Of a stretch of DNA of 64,000 bases, positions 37,381 to 49,485 are shown in pieces; positions within the stretch are counted from its first letter, which is position 1, and every line of letters starts with the position of its first letter. The notes beneath the pieces are model-generated. The model did not search any database, was not told the DNA's origin, and saw only the letters and a program-made list of their open reading frames with translations. The position numbers were made by a program, and so were the translations under genes. Source of the DNA: Octopus sinensis (taxonomy: Eukaryota); NCBI RefSeq assembly GCF_006345805.1, contig NC_043002.1:55118001-55182000 (forward strand). The letters run 5' to 3'.

Positions 37381-38999
37381 CAGTTGCGGCCAGAATGTTC
37401 AGAACGGCATTGTTTTCATCAGAAAAGTAGATATAATTTTTTATCAAAGTTGTTTTATATTCTATAATTTTCACAGACAATAATACCATATTATTTGTTA
37501 TTGCCTGAGATTTGGGTTGTAATTGAGAGGGATAATACAAAAGTTATATGGATGATTTAGTGATTTAATGCAAAACCCATGGCGGCCCAAAATGATCAGA
37601 ACGGTTGCTTTTACTCGTGTTTTAGTATATTTAACCGGCGAACTCTAATGTTTTGATTTTTGTTACGTGACGGTTTTCGTTTACTAAACATCAGTAAGAA
37701 TATTTGCAGTGTACTTTGTTAATATAATGCCACGTACTTCGTTACCAATTCGTCAGCAGATTATTAAGCTTCGAAGGAAGGATAATTTAAGTATTGGATC
37801 TATTGCAAAGATTGTTAACAAGTCAAAATGTGTTGTACACGGTATTCTTAAGGTCTACGATGATTGTGGTTCGTGTGAAGCAAGAAAGTTTACAGGTAGG
37901 CCAAGAAAAACGACCAAGAGAGAAGATCATGCTATGGTAAAGTTGGTTAAAAAGGACAAATTTAAAACTGCTGCTGCTGTTTCTCGAAAAATGAGCATTG
38001 TATTGAAGAAAACTTTATCTCGAAAAACTGTCTCGTCGTTGACCTAAAAGCAAGAGCACCTGCAGTGAAGCCACTGATCAGCTCCAAGAATAAAAACTGT
38101 CGTCTTAACTTTGCAACCGAACATGTGTTGTGGTCTCAAGAAAAATGGCAAACGGTGCATTTCAGTGATGAATCTAAGTTTATGCTATTTGGCTCAGATG
38201 GGAAAAGGTACGTTCGTAGAAAAGTAGGTGAAAAATTGTTGCCTAAATGCCTTAAGACTAGTGTTAAATTCGGTGGAGGAAGTGTCATGGTTTGGGGAAT
38301 GATATCTGGAGATGGTGTGGGCCCTTTGGTGCGATTACATGGAAAGTTAAATGCAGGAGTTTATAAACAACTTGTAAAAGATCATGTCTTGCTTGTGCTG
38401 AGAAATTCAACTAAGCGACCACCCATATTCATGCAGGACAATGCCCCATGTCACAAGGCTAAGGTGGTCATGAACTTCCTCAAGGCTGAAAAGGTTATTG
38501 TTATGGATTGACCGGCTCAAAGCCCAGATCTCAATCCTATTGAAAATATGTGGAATATTCTAGGAGACCGTTCGAAAGCCAGAAATCCTAAAACAACTGA
38601 GCAATTATGGAATGCCCTTCAGGAAGAATGGAATAAGATCACCCAGCAAGAATTTGAAAATTTAATTTCCTCATGCAGTCGAAGATGTCAGAGTGTGATT
38701 GAAGCTAAAGGGCTTCACACTAAATATTAAATAATTCCAGTATTCTCTGTCATTTTTGATTATTTTGTTATTTTTTCAACCGTTCTGATCATTTTGGCCG
38801 CCATGGGTTTTGCAGTAAATCACTAAATCATCCATAACTTTTGTATTATCCTCTCAAGTTACACCAAAATCTCAGACAATAACAATTAATAATGTATTTA
38901 TTGTCGTGAAAATTATAGAATATAAAACAACTTTGATAAAAACTTATACCTACTTTTCTGACGAAAACAATGCCGTTCTGAACATTCTGGCCGCAACTG
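37381..38999 (+). mobile_element. Tc1-family DNA transposon, 1619 bp, ~225-bp IR/DR terminal inverted repeats, TA target site
   Basis: TIRs 37381-37607 and 38777-38999 begin CAGTTGCGGCCAGAATGTTCAGAACGG; inner repeat GGCGGCCCAAAATGATCAGAACGG; TA on both sides. Confidence 0.95.
37727..38730 (+). pseudogene. Tc1 DD34E transposase with one frameshift (~38035) and one nonsense codon (38509-38511)
   Basis: GRPRKT, FSDESKF, GGGSVMVWG, MQDNAPCH, (W>stop)PAQSPDLNPIENMW. Confidence 0.93.
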
Positions 39000-39020
39000 T
39001 ATATATATATATATATATAT

Positions 39021-39185
39021 AGGCGTAGGGGTGGCTGTGTGGTAAGTAGCTTGATTACGAACCACATGGTTCCGGGTTCAGCCCCACTGCGTGGTACCTT
39101 GGGTGAGTGTCTTCTACTATAGCCTCGGGTCGACCAAAGCCTTGTAAGTGGATTTGGTAGACGGAGACTGAAAGAAGCCTGTCAT
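39021..39185 (+). mobile_element. SINE 5' half ending at its internal microsatellite
   Basis: Homologous to 5131-5295. Confidence 0.85.
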
Positions 39186-39207
39186 ATATGTGTGCGTGTA
39201 TATATAT

Positions 39208-39258
<51 letters not shown>

Positions 39259-39299
39259 CATGTACAGTCGCCATGATAGCCACTGCACACATTTTTTTC

Positions 39300-39830
39300 T
39301 CTTTTTTATATATATGTATATATATATGTATGTATGTATATACATACATATATATATGTATGTATATACATATATATATATGTATGTATATACATATATA
39401 TATGTATGTATGTATATACATATATATATGTATGTATATACATATATATATGTATGTATATACATATATATATATGTATGTATGTATGTATATACATATA
39501 TATATATGTATGTATGTATGTATATACATATATATGTATGTATGTATATATACATATATATATGTATGTATGTATATATACATATGTATGTATGTATGTA
39601 TATATATATATGTATGTATGTATATATACATATATATATATATGTATGTATGTATGTATATACATATATATGTATGTATGTATATACATATATATGTATG
39701 TATGTATATATACATATATATGTATGTATATATACATATATATATATGTATGTATGTATGTATATACATATATATGTATGTATATACATATATATACATA
39801 TATATATATGTATATACATATATATACATA
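39300..39830. repeat. (TATG/TACA/TA) higher-order microsatellite left of LINE A2
   Basis: Direct inspection; the pattern recurs at 42874-43400. Confidence 0.95.
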
Positions 39831-42800
39831 TATTTCTACCGAATGTAGGAGGGCTGCTGCGCGGAAACTGTAAAAAGAAAATTTCATTCCTGAGAGACCT
39901 TGTGACATGCAATCAAGCTATATGCATGGCACTCACAGAAACGCATCTTGAACCCGATATAGGTGATGCAGAAATACACATGCCGCAATATGCAGTCATA
40001 CGCACAGATAGAAAAGGGAGGAGCCATGGTGGAGTTGCAATGTACATCCGAGATGACCTCACGCCCCAGGTCCTGCTGTCATATTCAAACTCAGTATGTG
40101 AAACTCAAATTGTACACATAAGACAACTGAATATCGTCATATGCACTACATATCGCCCACCAGACGCCCCAAAACACTCAGGCATGTTTGAAGACTGCCT
40201 AACAAAAATAGGAGAAGTCCTCACCAACCTTGAACAGCACAACAGTGTATTCTTCATGGGAGACTTTAACCTCCCCATGTGGAATGGCCTGGGGGGCAGA
40301 TGCTCCCAGGGATGACACACCATCAGCAGGCACAGGTGGAGTCCCTGCTCCATCTCACAAATACCTCTTTCATGGAGCAAATAGTTCTGCAACCAACAAG
40401 GGCAGATAATATACTGGATCTCTGCTTTACAAACAATATGGATATTATCCATAATGTTAATGTGATGCCGACAATGATCTCGGATCACAACATAATAGAG
40501 CTGTCTATGTATGGAACAAAAGCCCCCGCAGACACACAGCCTATACGAAGCACCCACCATCTCTCCAACTTAAACTTTCATAAAGCCAACTGGAAGTCGA
40601 TTGAGAAAGAGATCCTCAAACAGGATTGGCCTGAATGTCTCTCCACACCGGACATAAACATGAAACACAAACACTTCATGTCCATAATACAAGCCATATG
40701 TGACAAATATGTCCCAATGTGCAGGGCCAGCACACACAAGAACAAAAACAGGATCCCTAGAGAAAGGAGGATTCTTATGAGACGACGGACAAGGATTGCA
40801 AACCGCCTGAGCAAGCACACCAAAAGTGGTGAGAAGTCTCGGCTCGAAAGAATGCTAATGGAAACTGAGAAAAGTCTACATCAGTCCCATGAAAAGGAGA
40901 GAGCAGATAAAGAAGCTTGGGTAATAGAAAATATAAAATCAAACCCTAAAGCTTTCTTTAAGTTTGCCAAAGAGACAGCCACAGTGCACCAGAGAATAGG
41001 ACCTCTCTTCCAAAAAGATGGCTCTCTCACAGGAAATCCCACGAGGATAAGTGAAATACTGAACGAACAGTTCCAAAGTGTGTTCACTACACCTCTAGGA
41101 CACAGGCAAGTAAACAACCCAGAAGAATTCTTTGCCACTTTACCAGCGGCCAAAGAGACAAAAATTGAGTACATCAACATCGAAGAAGATGATATCACAC
41201 TAGCCATTGATGAGATTGACACAAACTCAGCTGCTGGACCTGATGGATTCCCAGCGATCCTTCTCAAATCGTGCAAACGAGCCCTTGCAAAACCGCTACA
41301 GCTTCTTTTTCAGAGCTTTCTTGCAAGTGGTAAGCTCCCAGTCAAACTGAAAGAGGGGGTAATATGCCCTATCCATAAGGGAGGTAGCAGAGCAGATGCT
41401 AAAAATTATAGGCCTATCTCTCTGACCTCACACATCAGCAAAGTCATGGAACGAATAGTCCGTAAGAAACTAATCATGTTCCTTGAAGAAAATGACTTAC
41501 TGTCTGACACCCAGCATGGATTTCGACCAGGTAGAGGCTGCCTAACACAGCTCCTGCAACACTATGACTGGGTGTTGAAACAGCTACTAAATGGCTCAAA
41601 TGTGGATGTAATATATCTTGACTTTGCAAAAGCCTTTGATAAAGTCGACCATGGTATGATCTGTCACAAACTGCGTGGTCTCGGCATAGGCGGGAAACTT
41701 GGAGAGTGGCTGCACAACTTCCTAAAAGACAGAAAACAGGCAGTTGTGAGCAATGGAGCCACCTCCAGGGAAACGCAAATAACAAGCGGTGTCCCACAGG
41801 GCACTGTCTTGGGGCCACTGATGTTCATAGTGGCCCTTTCAGACATGCCTTCAGTTGCTACGATGACCACCCTTGCTAGCTATGCAGATGACACAAAGGT
41901 CTCCCACGCAATACAGAACCCTGAAAATATGCGCATCTGCAACATGAGCTGGACACAATATACAGGTGGGCTGAGGACAACAACATGCAGTTTAATGCAG
42001 GTAAGTTCCAGGCCCTGCGCTACTGGCACACAAAGGTAAATGACGTGAAGACTGGATACACTGGCCCAGGAAGAATTGCAATCCCTGAGTCAAAATCAGT
42101 GCGTGACCTGGGCATTGACATGAGCAATGATGCATCTTTCCAAATGCATATTGCTAATCTGGTGATAAAATGCAGACGGCTAGCTGGATGGATTCTCCGA
42201 ACTTTCAGAACAAGAGAGAAGGAGACACTGATGGTCCTATGGAAAACATTTGTCCTCAGCCGCTTGGACTACTGCTCCCAACTTTGGTCACCACACAATA
42301 TAAAACAAACAGCAGAACTCGAAGCAACTCAGAGAAGCTACACAAAGAAAATCGTCTCAATGCAAAATGTCAGCTACTGGGAAAGACTGAAGGTATTAAA
42401 CCTCTTCTCCCTGGAGCGGAGGGGGGAGAGATATGCAGTAATATACATCTGGAAAATCCTGGAGGGTCTTATCCCAAACTTTGGCATTCAAAGTTACTCC
42501 AACCGCAGAACGGGGCGCCGCTGCGTGGTGCCAAGGATTCCAACATCACCATCAAAATACAGGTCCAGATACTGCAACAGCTTGGGTTTCAGAGGACCAC
42601 AGCTCTTTAGCATCCTCCCTAAATGCCTGAGAGACTTACATGGTGTGGATGTGGGTTTCTTTAAAACTAAACTGGATCTCTTCTTGTTGGGAGTCCCAGA
42701 TGAACCTACCTCACGACAGGAGACACGGATGCGGGCAGCAGCATCGAACTCCCTTGTTGATCAAGTGCCACGTATCAGAGGTGGATTCACAAACTAGTGT

Positions 42801-42873
42801 GGCTCATTCAGCGGTGGTGCCCCAGCATGGCCGCGGCCTTCGGGCTAAAACATTTTTAAGGATTTAAGGATTT
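39831..42873 (+). mobile_element. LINE family A copy A2, 5'-truncated at the start of ORF2
   Basis: Near identical to 32945-35994. ORF2 is split by only two 1-nt deletions (~40276 and ~41929) into 39833-40315, 40279-42039 and 41985-42797. Confidence 0.93.
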
Positions 42874-43567
42874 ATGTATGTATATACATATATATATATA
42901 TATATGTATGTATATACATATATATATGTATGTATATACATATATATATGTATGTATATACATATATATGTATGTATATACATATATATATGTATGTATA
43001 TACATATATATGTATGTATATACATATATATATGTATGTATGTATGTATATACATATATATGTATGTATGTATATATACATATATATATGTATGTATGTA
43101 TATATACATATGTATGTATGTATGTATATATATATATGTATGTATGTATATATACATATATATATATATATGTATGTATGTATGTATATACATATATATG
43201 TATGTATGTATATACATATATATGTATGTATGTATATATACATATATATGTATGTATGTATATATACATATATATATATGTATGTATGTATGTATATACA
43301 TATATATGTATGTATATACATATATATGTATGTATGTATATACATATGTATGTATGTATGTATATACATATGTATGTATGTATGTTATGTATATACTATA
43401 TATATATATATTATATATATGTATGTATATACATATATATATGTATGTATATATACATATATATGTATGTATATACATATATATATATGTATGTTATACA
43501 TATATATATATGTATGTATATATACATATATATATATGTATGTATGTATATACACACATGTATATAT

Positions 43568-43617
<50 letters not shown>

Positions 43618-43631
43618 GTATGCATATATAT
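42874..43631. repeat. (TATG/TACA/TA) higher-order microsatellite right of LINE A2
   Basis: Direct inspection. Confidence 0.95.
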
Positions 43632-44440
43632 ATATGTATACATATATACTTTGATGAGCTCTCTCTTCCTTAAGTTCCCTCCAATGTTCATTTACCCGCT
43701 TTCCTATGCATAGGAGAGTTCATCAGTTCTGCACCAGCATGGCGAGCTGGAACACAGAGGCTCATTCAACAACATGGAAGTTAAAATCTTTTCCACACAT
43801 AGAACAGACGCAACAAGTAGACAGATTACAGAAGCTACACACATAATAGAAGATAAACCTAGCCTGAATAGGAAACTGGAATGGAACACTAGCACACACC
43901 GCCAAAACACCACAACATATGACAGAATAAGATGTCCATAAACTGATAACAATATGAACAAAATATAATACAAAACACAGGTAAACAAATAATTATATAC
44001 ATTAACAAAATTAAAAAAAAATTAAATTAAATACAAAAAAAGAAAGAATTGAAAAAACAATAACTAGGTAGAAACACCTGAACAAAATGAATAAAAACAA
44101 ATTAAACGAATGTGTATAAAGAGGGGATACAGATAATACAGGCACCCCCCGCTGACGCACTTACTAAACATAGACACACATAGGGGTATACGCATGCGCA
44201 AATGAAGACACATACAATAGGAATACAAAATACAAAATGGCTGATTGTTAGTAAGGAAAGACACACAAATAAGAAAGAAGAAAGCAAAGGACCATTGATG
44301 AGGTCACAGAAGTGTGACGAAAGAACTCTGGCTGAAATACGATTAATATAAAAAATAAAATAAAGCTGAAGCAAAACCAAATATAGTGTGTGTTTTTATT
44401 GGCTAAACTGGCAACATGACCATCCCTAAATACAACAATA
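43632..44440 (+). mobile_element. Penelope-like element 3' fragment: GIY-YIG endonuclease C-terminus and pLTR
   Basis: 43714-43941 reads ESSSVLHQHGELEHRGSFNNMEVKIFSTHRTDATSRQITEATHIIEDKPSLNRKLEWN...CP* (RQI.EA..I...P.LN.K.EW motif; no ATG, so absent from the ORF track). A hammerhead motif lies downstream. Confidence 0.75.
44289..44335 (+). ncRNA. Minimal type I hammerhead ribozyme motif (C3U core variant)
   Basis: CCA-UUGAUGA-G-GUCAC[AGAAGU]GUGAC-GAAA-G[AA]C-UC^-UGG. Stem I CCA/UGG, 5-bp stem II, minimal stem III, located in the 3' repeat of the Penelope-like fragment. Confidence 0.55.
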
Positions 44441-44444
44441 TATA

Positions 44445-44966
44445 CCGTAAATTCTTGAGTATAATCCGCATATTTCCCCCAAAATTTAAAGGTCAAAATC
44501 CCGAGTGTGTACTTTGTATGAGGTTAAAAAGGAAAAATATTTTCTAAGCAATGTTCGAGTCTTTATTTGCTGTCCGGCAATGTTTATTCAGACGCATTTT
44601 GTGATGTTGGGTGGGAAAATACCTTAAGCTAAGCCTGAAAGCAATGATGTCAGAAAAGAATCATCCATAACTTGCAGTAAGCAACATTTATTAAAATAAA
44701 AGTATTCAGAACACAGAATAACATGTAACAAAAACAATTTGCAAACATATTTACATTCCCATATAACAGTTAAGAACATCACTGTTGTTGTATTACGCAT
44801 GCGCAGAAGTGTTTGTTTAACTAGGTGCTGCTGGCTTAATTACACACGACTCAAGTTAGAAAAGGGGTGTGCATAATACACAAGATTTAGGTTTTTCAGA
44901 GGTACAACCCACTAAAAGTCCCCTACGTATTATACTCAAGGAAGGACCACACTCAAGGATTTACGG
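44445..44966. mobile_element. Non-autonomous Tc1/mariner-superfamily (Tc2/pogo-like) MITE, ~520 bp
   Basis: Ends CCGTAAATTCTTGAGT... and ...ACTCAAGGATTTACGG; TA duplicated on both sides; no ORF. Confidence 0.8.
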
Positions 44967-44999
44967 TATATATTTGTATATATATATGTGTATATATCA

Positions 45000-45402
45000 C
45001 CCCACATTACCGTTTTTCAGAGTTGGCACTGTCAATGTTGGCACACTGAAAGGTAGGTCTAGTGAGATTGTACAGATGCTGGAAAGGAGACGGGTTGATG
45101 TATGTTGCATACAAGAGGTAAGATGGAGAGGAGCTTCAGCTAGGGTCCTCACAGGCAAGGCACATAGGTATAGTCTTCTGGAAAGGTAACATGGATGGTG
45201 TAGGGAGTGTTGGCATACTCCTTGCGAAGAAATAGGTGGATAAGGTCATAGAGGTTGTCAGGGTATGTGATAGAGTGCCTAAGCTCAAGCTAGTCCTACA
45301 GAACAGCACAGCTACAATTATCTCCGCCTACGCCCCACATGCGGGGCTACCAAATGATCAGAAGGACCACTTTTATGATACCCTTCTACAAGCTACCTCA
45401 AC
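45000..45402 (+). pseudogene. RTE LINE 5' coding fragment (endonuclease N-terminus)
   Basis: RVGTVNVGTLKGRSSEIVQMLERRRVDVCCIQEVRWRG ... ISAYAPH ... FYDTLLQ. Confidence 0.85.
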
Positions 45403-46805
45403 TTTGATAACTATGAAGGCTCTGACAGCTGTGAATCAGTTCTATTCTTTCTGATAAAAAAAAAATCTATTTCTGTTCGGAGCTTATAAAAACGAAACTG
45501 GACTTTACCGCAACTGAGCCATCTCACTTCTCTGTAGTAAGGCAAGTCACGGAAATTAGAATCCAGTTCTTCAAGGACAGCCTGGAACTGTTGGTGATTA
45601 AGCCCATGATTCCGAATAAAGTTCACCACAGTTGTAACCGATTTTAGTACACAAGAAATATCAGTGTTTTCCACAGAGTGCTTGCTGATGTATAATGCAG
45701 TGTATAAACAGATCTTTCGGAAGTTGGAGCTCCTCCAACTTGGTCTGGATCCGCGCTACAAAACCCTTCCTTACTCCTGCCATGTTTTCCCCCCATCGTC
45801 TGTAACACACCAAAGCTGATTCCACTGAAGGTTATAGTTTTCCAAAGTTTTCTGCATCTCTATGAAAATATCTTCTCCAGTTGTTGTTCCATGTATACTG
45901 CAAACGGATGCCATTTCTTCTATAAACTCAAAGTTGCAATTAACACCACGAATGAACACGAAAAGTTGTGACATACTAGAGAGATCAGTAGACTCGCCCA
46001 TCGCAAGAGAATACCACAAAAAATTTCTTAGGTTTCTCATGTATCTGTAACTATATATTCTCTCCAAGTTCTTCTATTCTCCGCACAACTGAACTTGCTG
46101 AAAGGATGATACAGCCAAACATGTTAGCTTTTTCAGGATACAAGTCATTTGCTGCTTCCATCATGCAGTCTTTTATAAAGTTTCTGCCAGTAAATGCTTT
46201 TCCTCGCTCTGCCAACATATTTACTATTTTGTAACTTACACGAGTGATAGATATGTTTTCAACAAACTTTTTACGTAATGAAATTCCTTTGAGATTCCAA
46301 ACTACATTTCATAGATTTAAATTTCTCAGACCACAATTTTCCAGAATATTTAGAATGTGTTGAGCGATGTTTTGCTTCGTAGTGATGACGAATATTGTAC
46401 TCTTTCATAACAGCAACACTTTCGTTGCATATCAGGCAACTGGCTTTCTAGTCGTTTGTTTCCCCAAAGAAGTACTTTTCTCCCCATTCTTTATTGAAAA
46501 TACAACATTCATCATCAACCTTTCTCTTCGTAGTAGGCATTACGATGGGTGAAGAAAAAACAAAAGTAGTCTTAGGCCTCAGCGTCAGATATTCTCGTTA
46601 TAATTGTAATCATTAATAACTGACTAACCTGAGGCACAAGTGATGTGCTTTAGTAATTATTATGGCACGTGACGTGACTAACTCATTATACATACGACAA
46701 GCATAATCTAAGAAGTGTAAGAAGCAGTATAAAAACAGGTTTATTTTTGTCAGCATACGTTGGCGGGCCAGATGCGGCCCGCAGGCCGTAGTTTGGTAGC
46801 CCATG
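45403..46805 (-). mobile_element. hAT (Charlie/SPIN-like) DNA transposon relic, 3'-truncated
   Basis: Terminus CATGGGCTACCAAACTACGGCCTGCGGGCC at 46805. Decayed transposase from ATG 46540 (KRKVDDEC..F..EW..KYFF...CLIC.E..AVMKEYNIRHHY..KH; ESTD....QLFVFIRGV; HGTTTGEDIF; YREVRWLS). Confidence 0.85.
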
Positions 46806-46838
<33 letters not shown>

Positions 46839-46842
46839 TATG

Positions 46843-49473
46843 CTCTCACTTGAGCTTGCTGAGTCTTCGCAAGAACAGCATATTTCCAAAGGTCCCGGTC
46901 ACTAGTCATTGTCTTGGTGAGGTACAATGTTTGAAGGTCTTGCTTCACCACCTCACCCCAGTCTTCCTGGGTCTACCTCTTCCACAGGTTCCCTCAACTG
47001 CTAGGGTGTGGCATTTTTTCACACAGACAGCTATCCACATCCATTCTCGCCACATGGCCATACCAGCACAGTCGTCTCTCTTGCACACCACATCTGATGC
47101 TTCTTAAGTCCAACCTTTCTCTTAAGGTACTAACACTCTGTCGAGTATGCACATTGACATTACACATCCATTGGAGCATACTGGCTTTATTCTTTGCGAG
47201 CTTACACATGTCCTCAGCAGTCACGGCCCAGGTTTCACTGCCATGTAGCATGGCTGTTTGTACTCATGCGTCATAGTCTACCTTTTACTCTAAATGAGAG
47301 GCCTTTGTCACCAGCAGAGGTAAGAGCTCTCTGAACTTTGCTCAAGCTATTCTTATTCTAGCAGCCACACTTTCAGCGCATCCTTCCCCGCTACCGACTT
47401 GGTCACCTAGGTATCGAAAGCTATCAACTACTTCTAGTTTTCTCCCTGGAATGTGGTGGAAGTTGTTCTCTGCACATTTTCAGTGTTTATTGCTCTCGAG
47501 CATCTGCCACATACAAAAACTATCTTCCCAGTTAACCTTCCTTTGACATTGCTGCACCTCTTATGTGTCCATATCTTACACTGGGTACATCTTATAGAGT
47601 TTCTACCTACGCCTTTTCTGCAGATTGAGCAGGGCCATCTACCTGAAGGGATTTGTGGTTTGCCTGCCTTCCTACTTATTAGGACTTTGGTTTTAACTAG
47701 GTTGACTCTAAGGCCCTTCGATTCTAATCCATGTTTCCACACTTGAAATTTCTCCTCTAGTTCTGATAGTGACTTAGCAATTAGAGTAAGGTCATCAGCA
47801 GAGAGGAGCTCCCAGGGACATCCTGTCTTGAATTCCTCTGTTATTGCCTGGAGGACTATGATAAGCAGGCGGGGGCTGAGGACTGAACCTTGGCAGACCC
47901 CTACCTCTACCTGGAATTCTTCACTGTACTTGTTGCCAACCCTCACCTTACTGACAGCGTCCCTGTACATAGCTTGCACAGCTCTCACTAACCATTCATC
48001 TATCCCTAGTTTCCTCATTGACCACCAAATAAGGGATTGGGGGATCCTGTCAATGAAAGCCAGGTACAGCGGTTTATCTTTGACTAAATATTTCTCCTGC
48101 AGTTGTTGAACCAGGAATATAGCACCAGTGGTGCTTCTACCTGGCACAAAACTGAACTGCATCTCATCTAAGTAGATTCTCTCCCTGATGAGATGGGCTA
48201 TGACCCTCTCCGCGACCTTCATTACCTTATCCAGCAGTTTGATACCCTTGTAGTTATTTCTATCTAGAGCATCACATTTACCCTTGTAGCAGTTGACAAT
48301 GTTGCTGCTACACCAGTCATGAACTACCTGGTTTACAATGCGGGTGACTAGTCCATAGTCCACACCATCAGATATTTTAAGCATCTCAGCAGTGATTCCT
48401 GATGGGCTGGGGGCTTTTCCTGGCTTTATACCCTTAATTGCTTTATCTGCGAGGGAGCTCTCTATTCAGATAGCTGGTCCCTCTGCTGGGTCAACATTTG
48501 GCAGGCTCTCCTCCTCCCATTCATTCTCCACGTTCAGCAGTTTTTCATAATGGCTTCTCCAAACCTCTTTCTTTTCCAAGTCATTAAAAGCAAGTGCACC
48601 ATTAACCATGCAGACACATTTCTCTCCTGTGACATCACAATTTTCTCTCACACACTGTCTAGCAATCCGAAATACCTGTTCTTTGGTCCTCATGTCGCTG
48701 GACATTGGCAAACTTCTTTTTTGCTTTGACCTTGGCTATGTATACCTGTCGCCCATCCTCTCTTTTGGCTACCTGGTACAGTTCGCTGCTACCCCCACCC
48801 TTCCAGGCTTTCCAGTCCTGTTTCTTTGCTCTAATGGCTTTGTCTACCGTACTATTCCACCACCACATAACTCTAGGTCTGGAAGGGACTTTGCACCTTA
48901 CGCAGACTTGGTCTGTGGCACTCAGCAAGCTGTCCTGTAGGAATTTCCAGCTACCTTCTATGTCCGATGTCTTGTAGTTCCTCCTCCCTCTCATCAAATT
49001 TCTTGAATAGGATGTCCCTAAATCTCTGACCATGTGAAAGGTTCGTTAGCTTTGAAATCCTTCTTTTTTGGATTGGTCTTCTTCTTGGTATCCTTCTAGC
49101 CTATTCTGGGGGGTACATTCTTCAGCCGGAAGGGTCTTTGTATTTATGAGCAACCCTACGTCCTGCTGTCTGGTGAGGATGAAATCAATCTGGCTAGCAG
49201 AGTCACCTGATTGATAGGTTATCAGGAAGCTGTCTGGTTTCCTGACGTTAGTGTTGCAGATTAAAAGGTTACATGCATCACAGAACTCCAGTAGCCTAGT
49301 TCCCTCATCGTATTGGGAACCAATACCACTGCCTCCATGTACACCAGTAAAGATACCGGATTGCCGCCCAACATGCCCATTAAAATTTCCAGCTGCAAAG
49401 ATGAGGTCACGACCACTCATCTTTGAAGTAGCCTGTAGAAGGGTATCATAAACATGGTCCTTCTGATCATTTG
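46843..49473 (-). mobile_element. RTE-clade LINE, decayed, lacking both extreme ends
   Basis: GNFNGHVG, SQIDFIL, YKGIKLL, GVCQGSVLSP, SADD, GSETWA; homologous to 12390-15050. Confidence 0.88.
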
Positions 49474-49485
49474 ATATATGTATAT

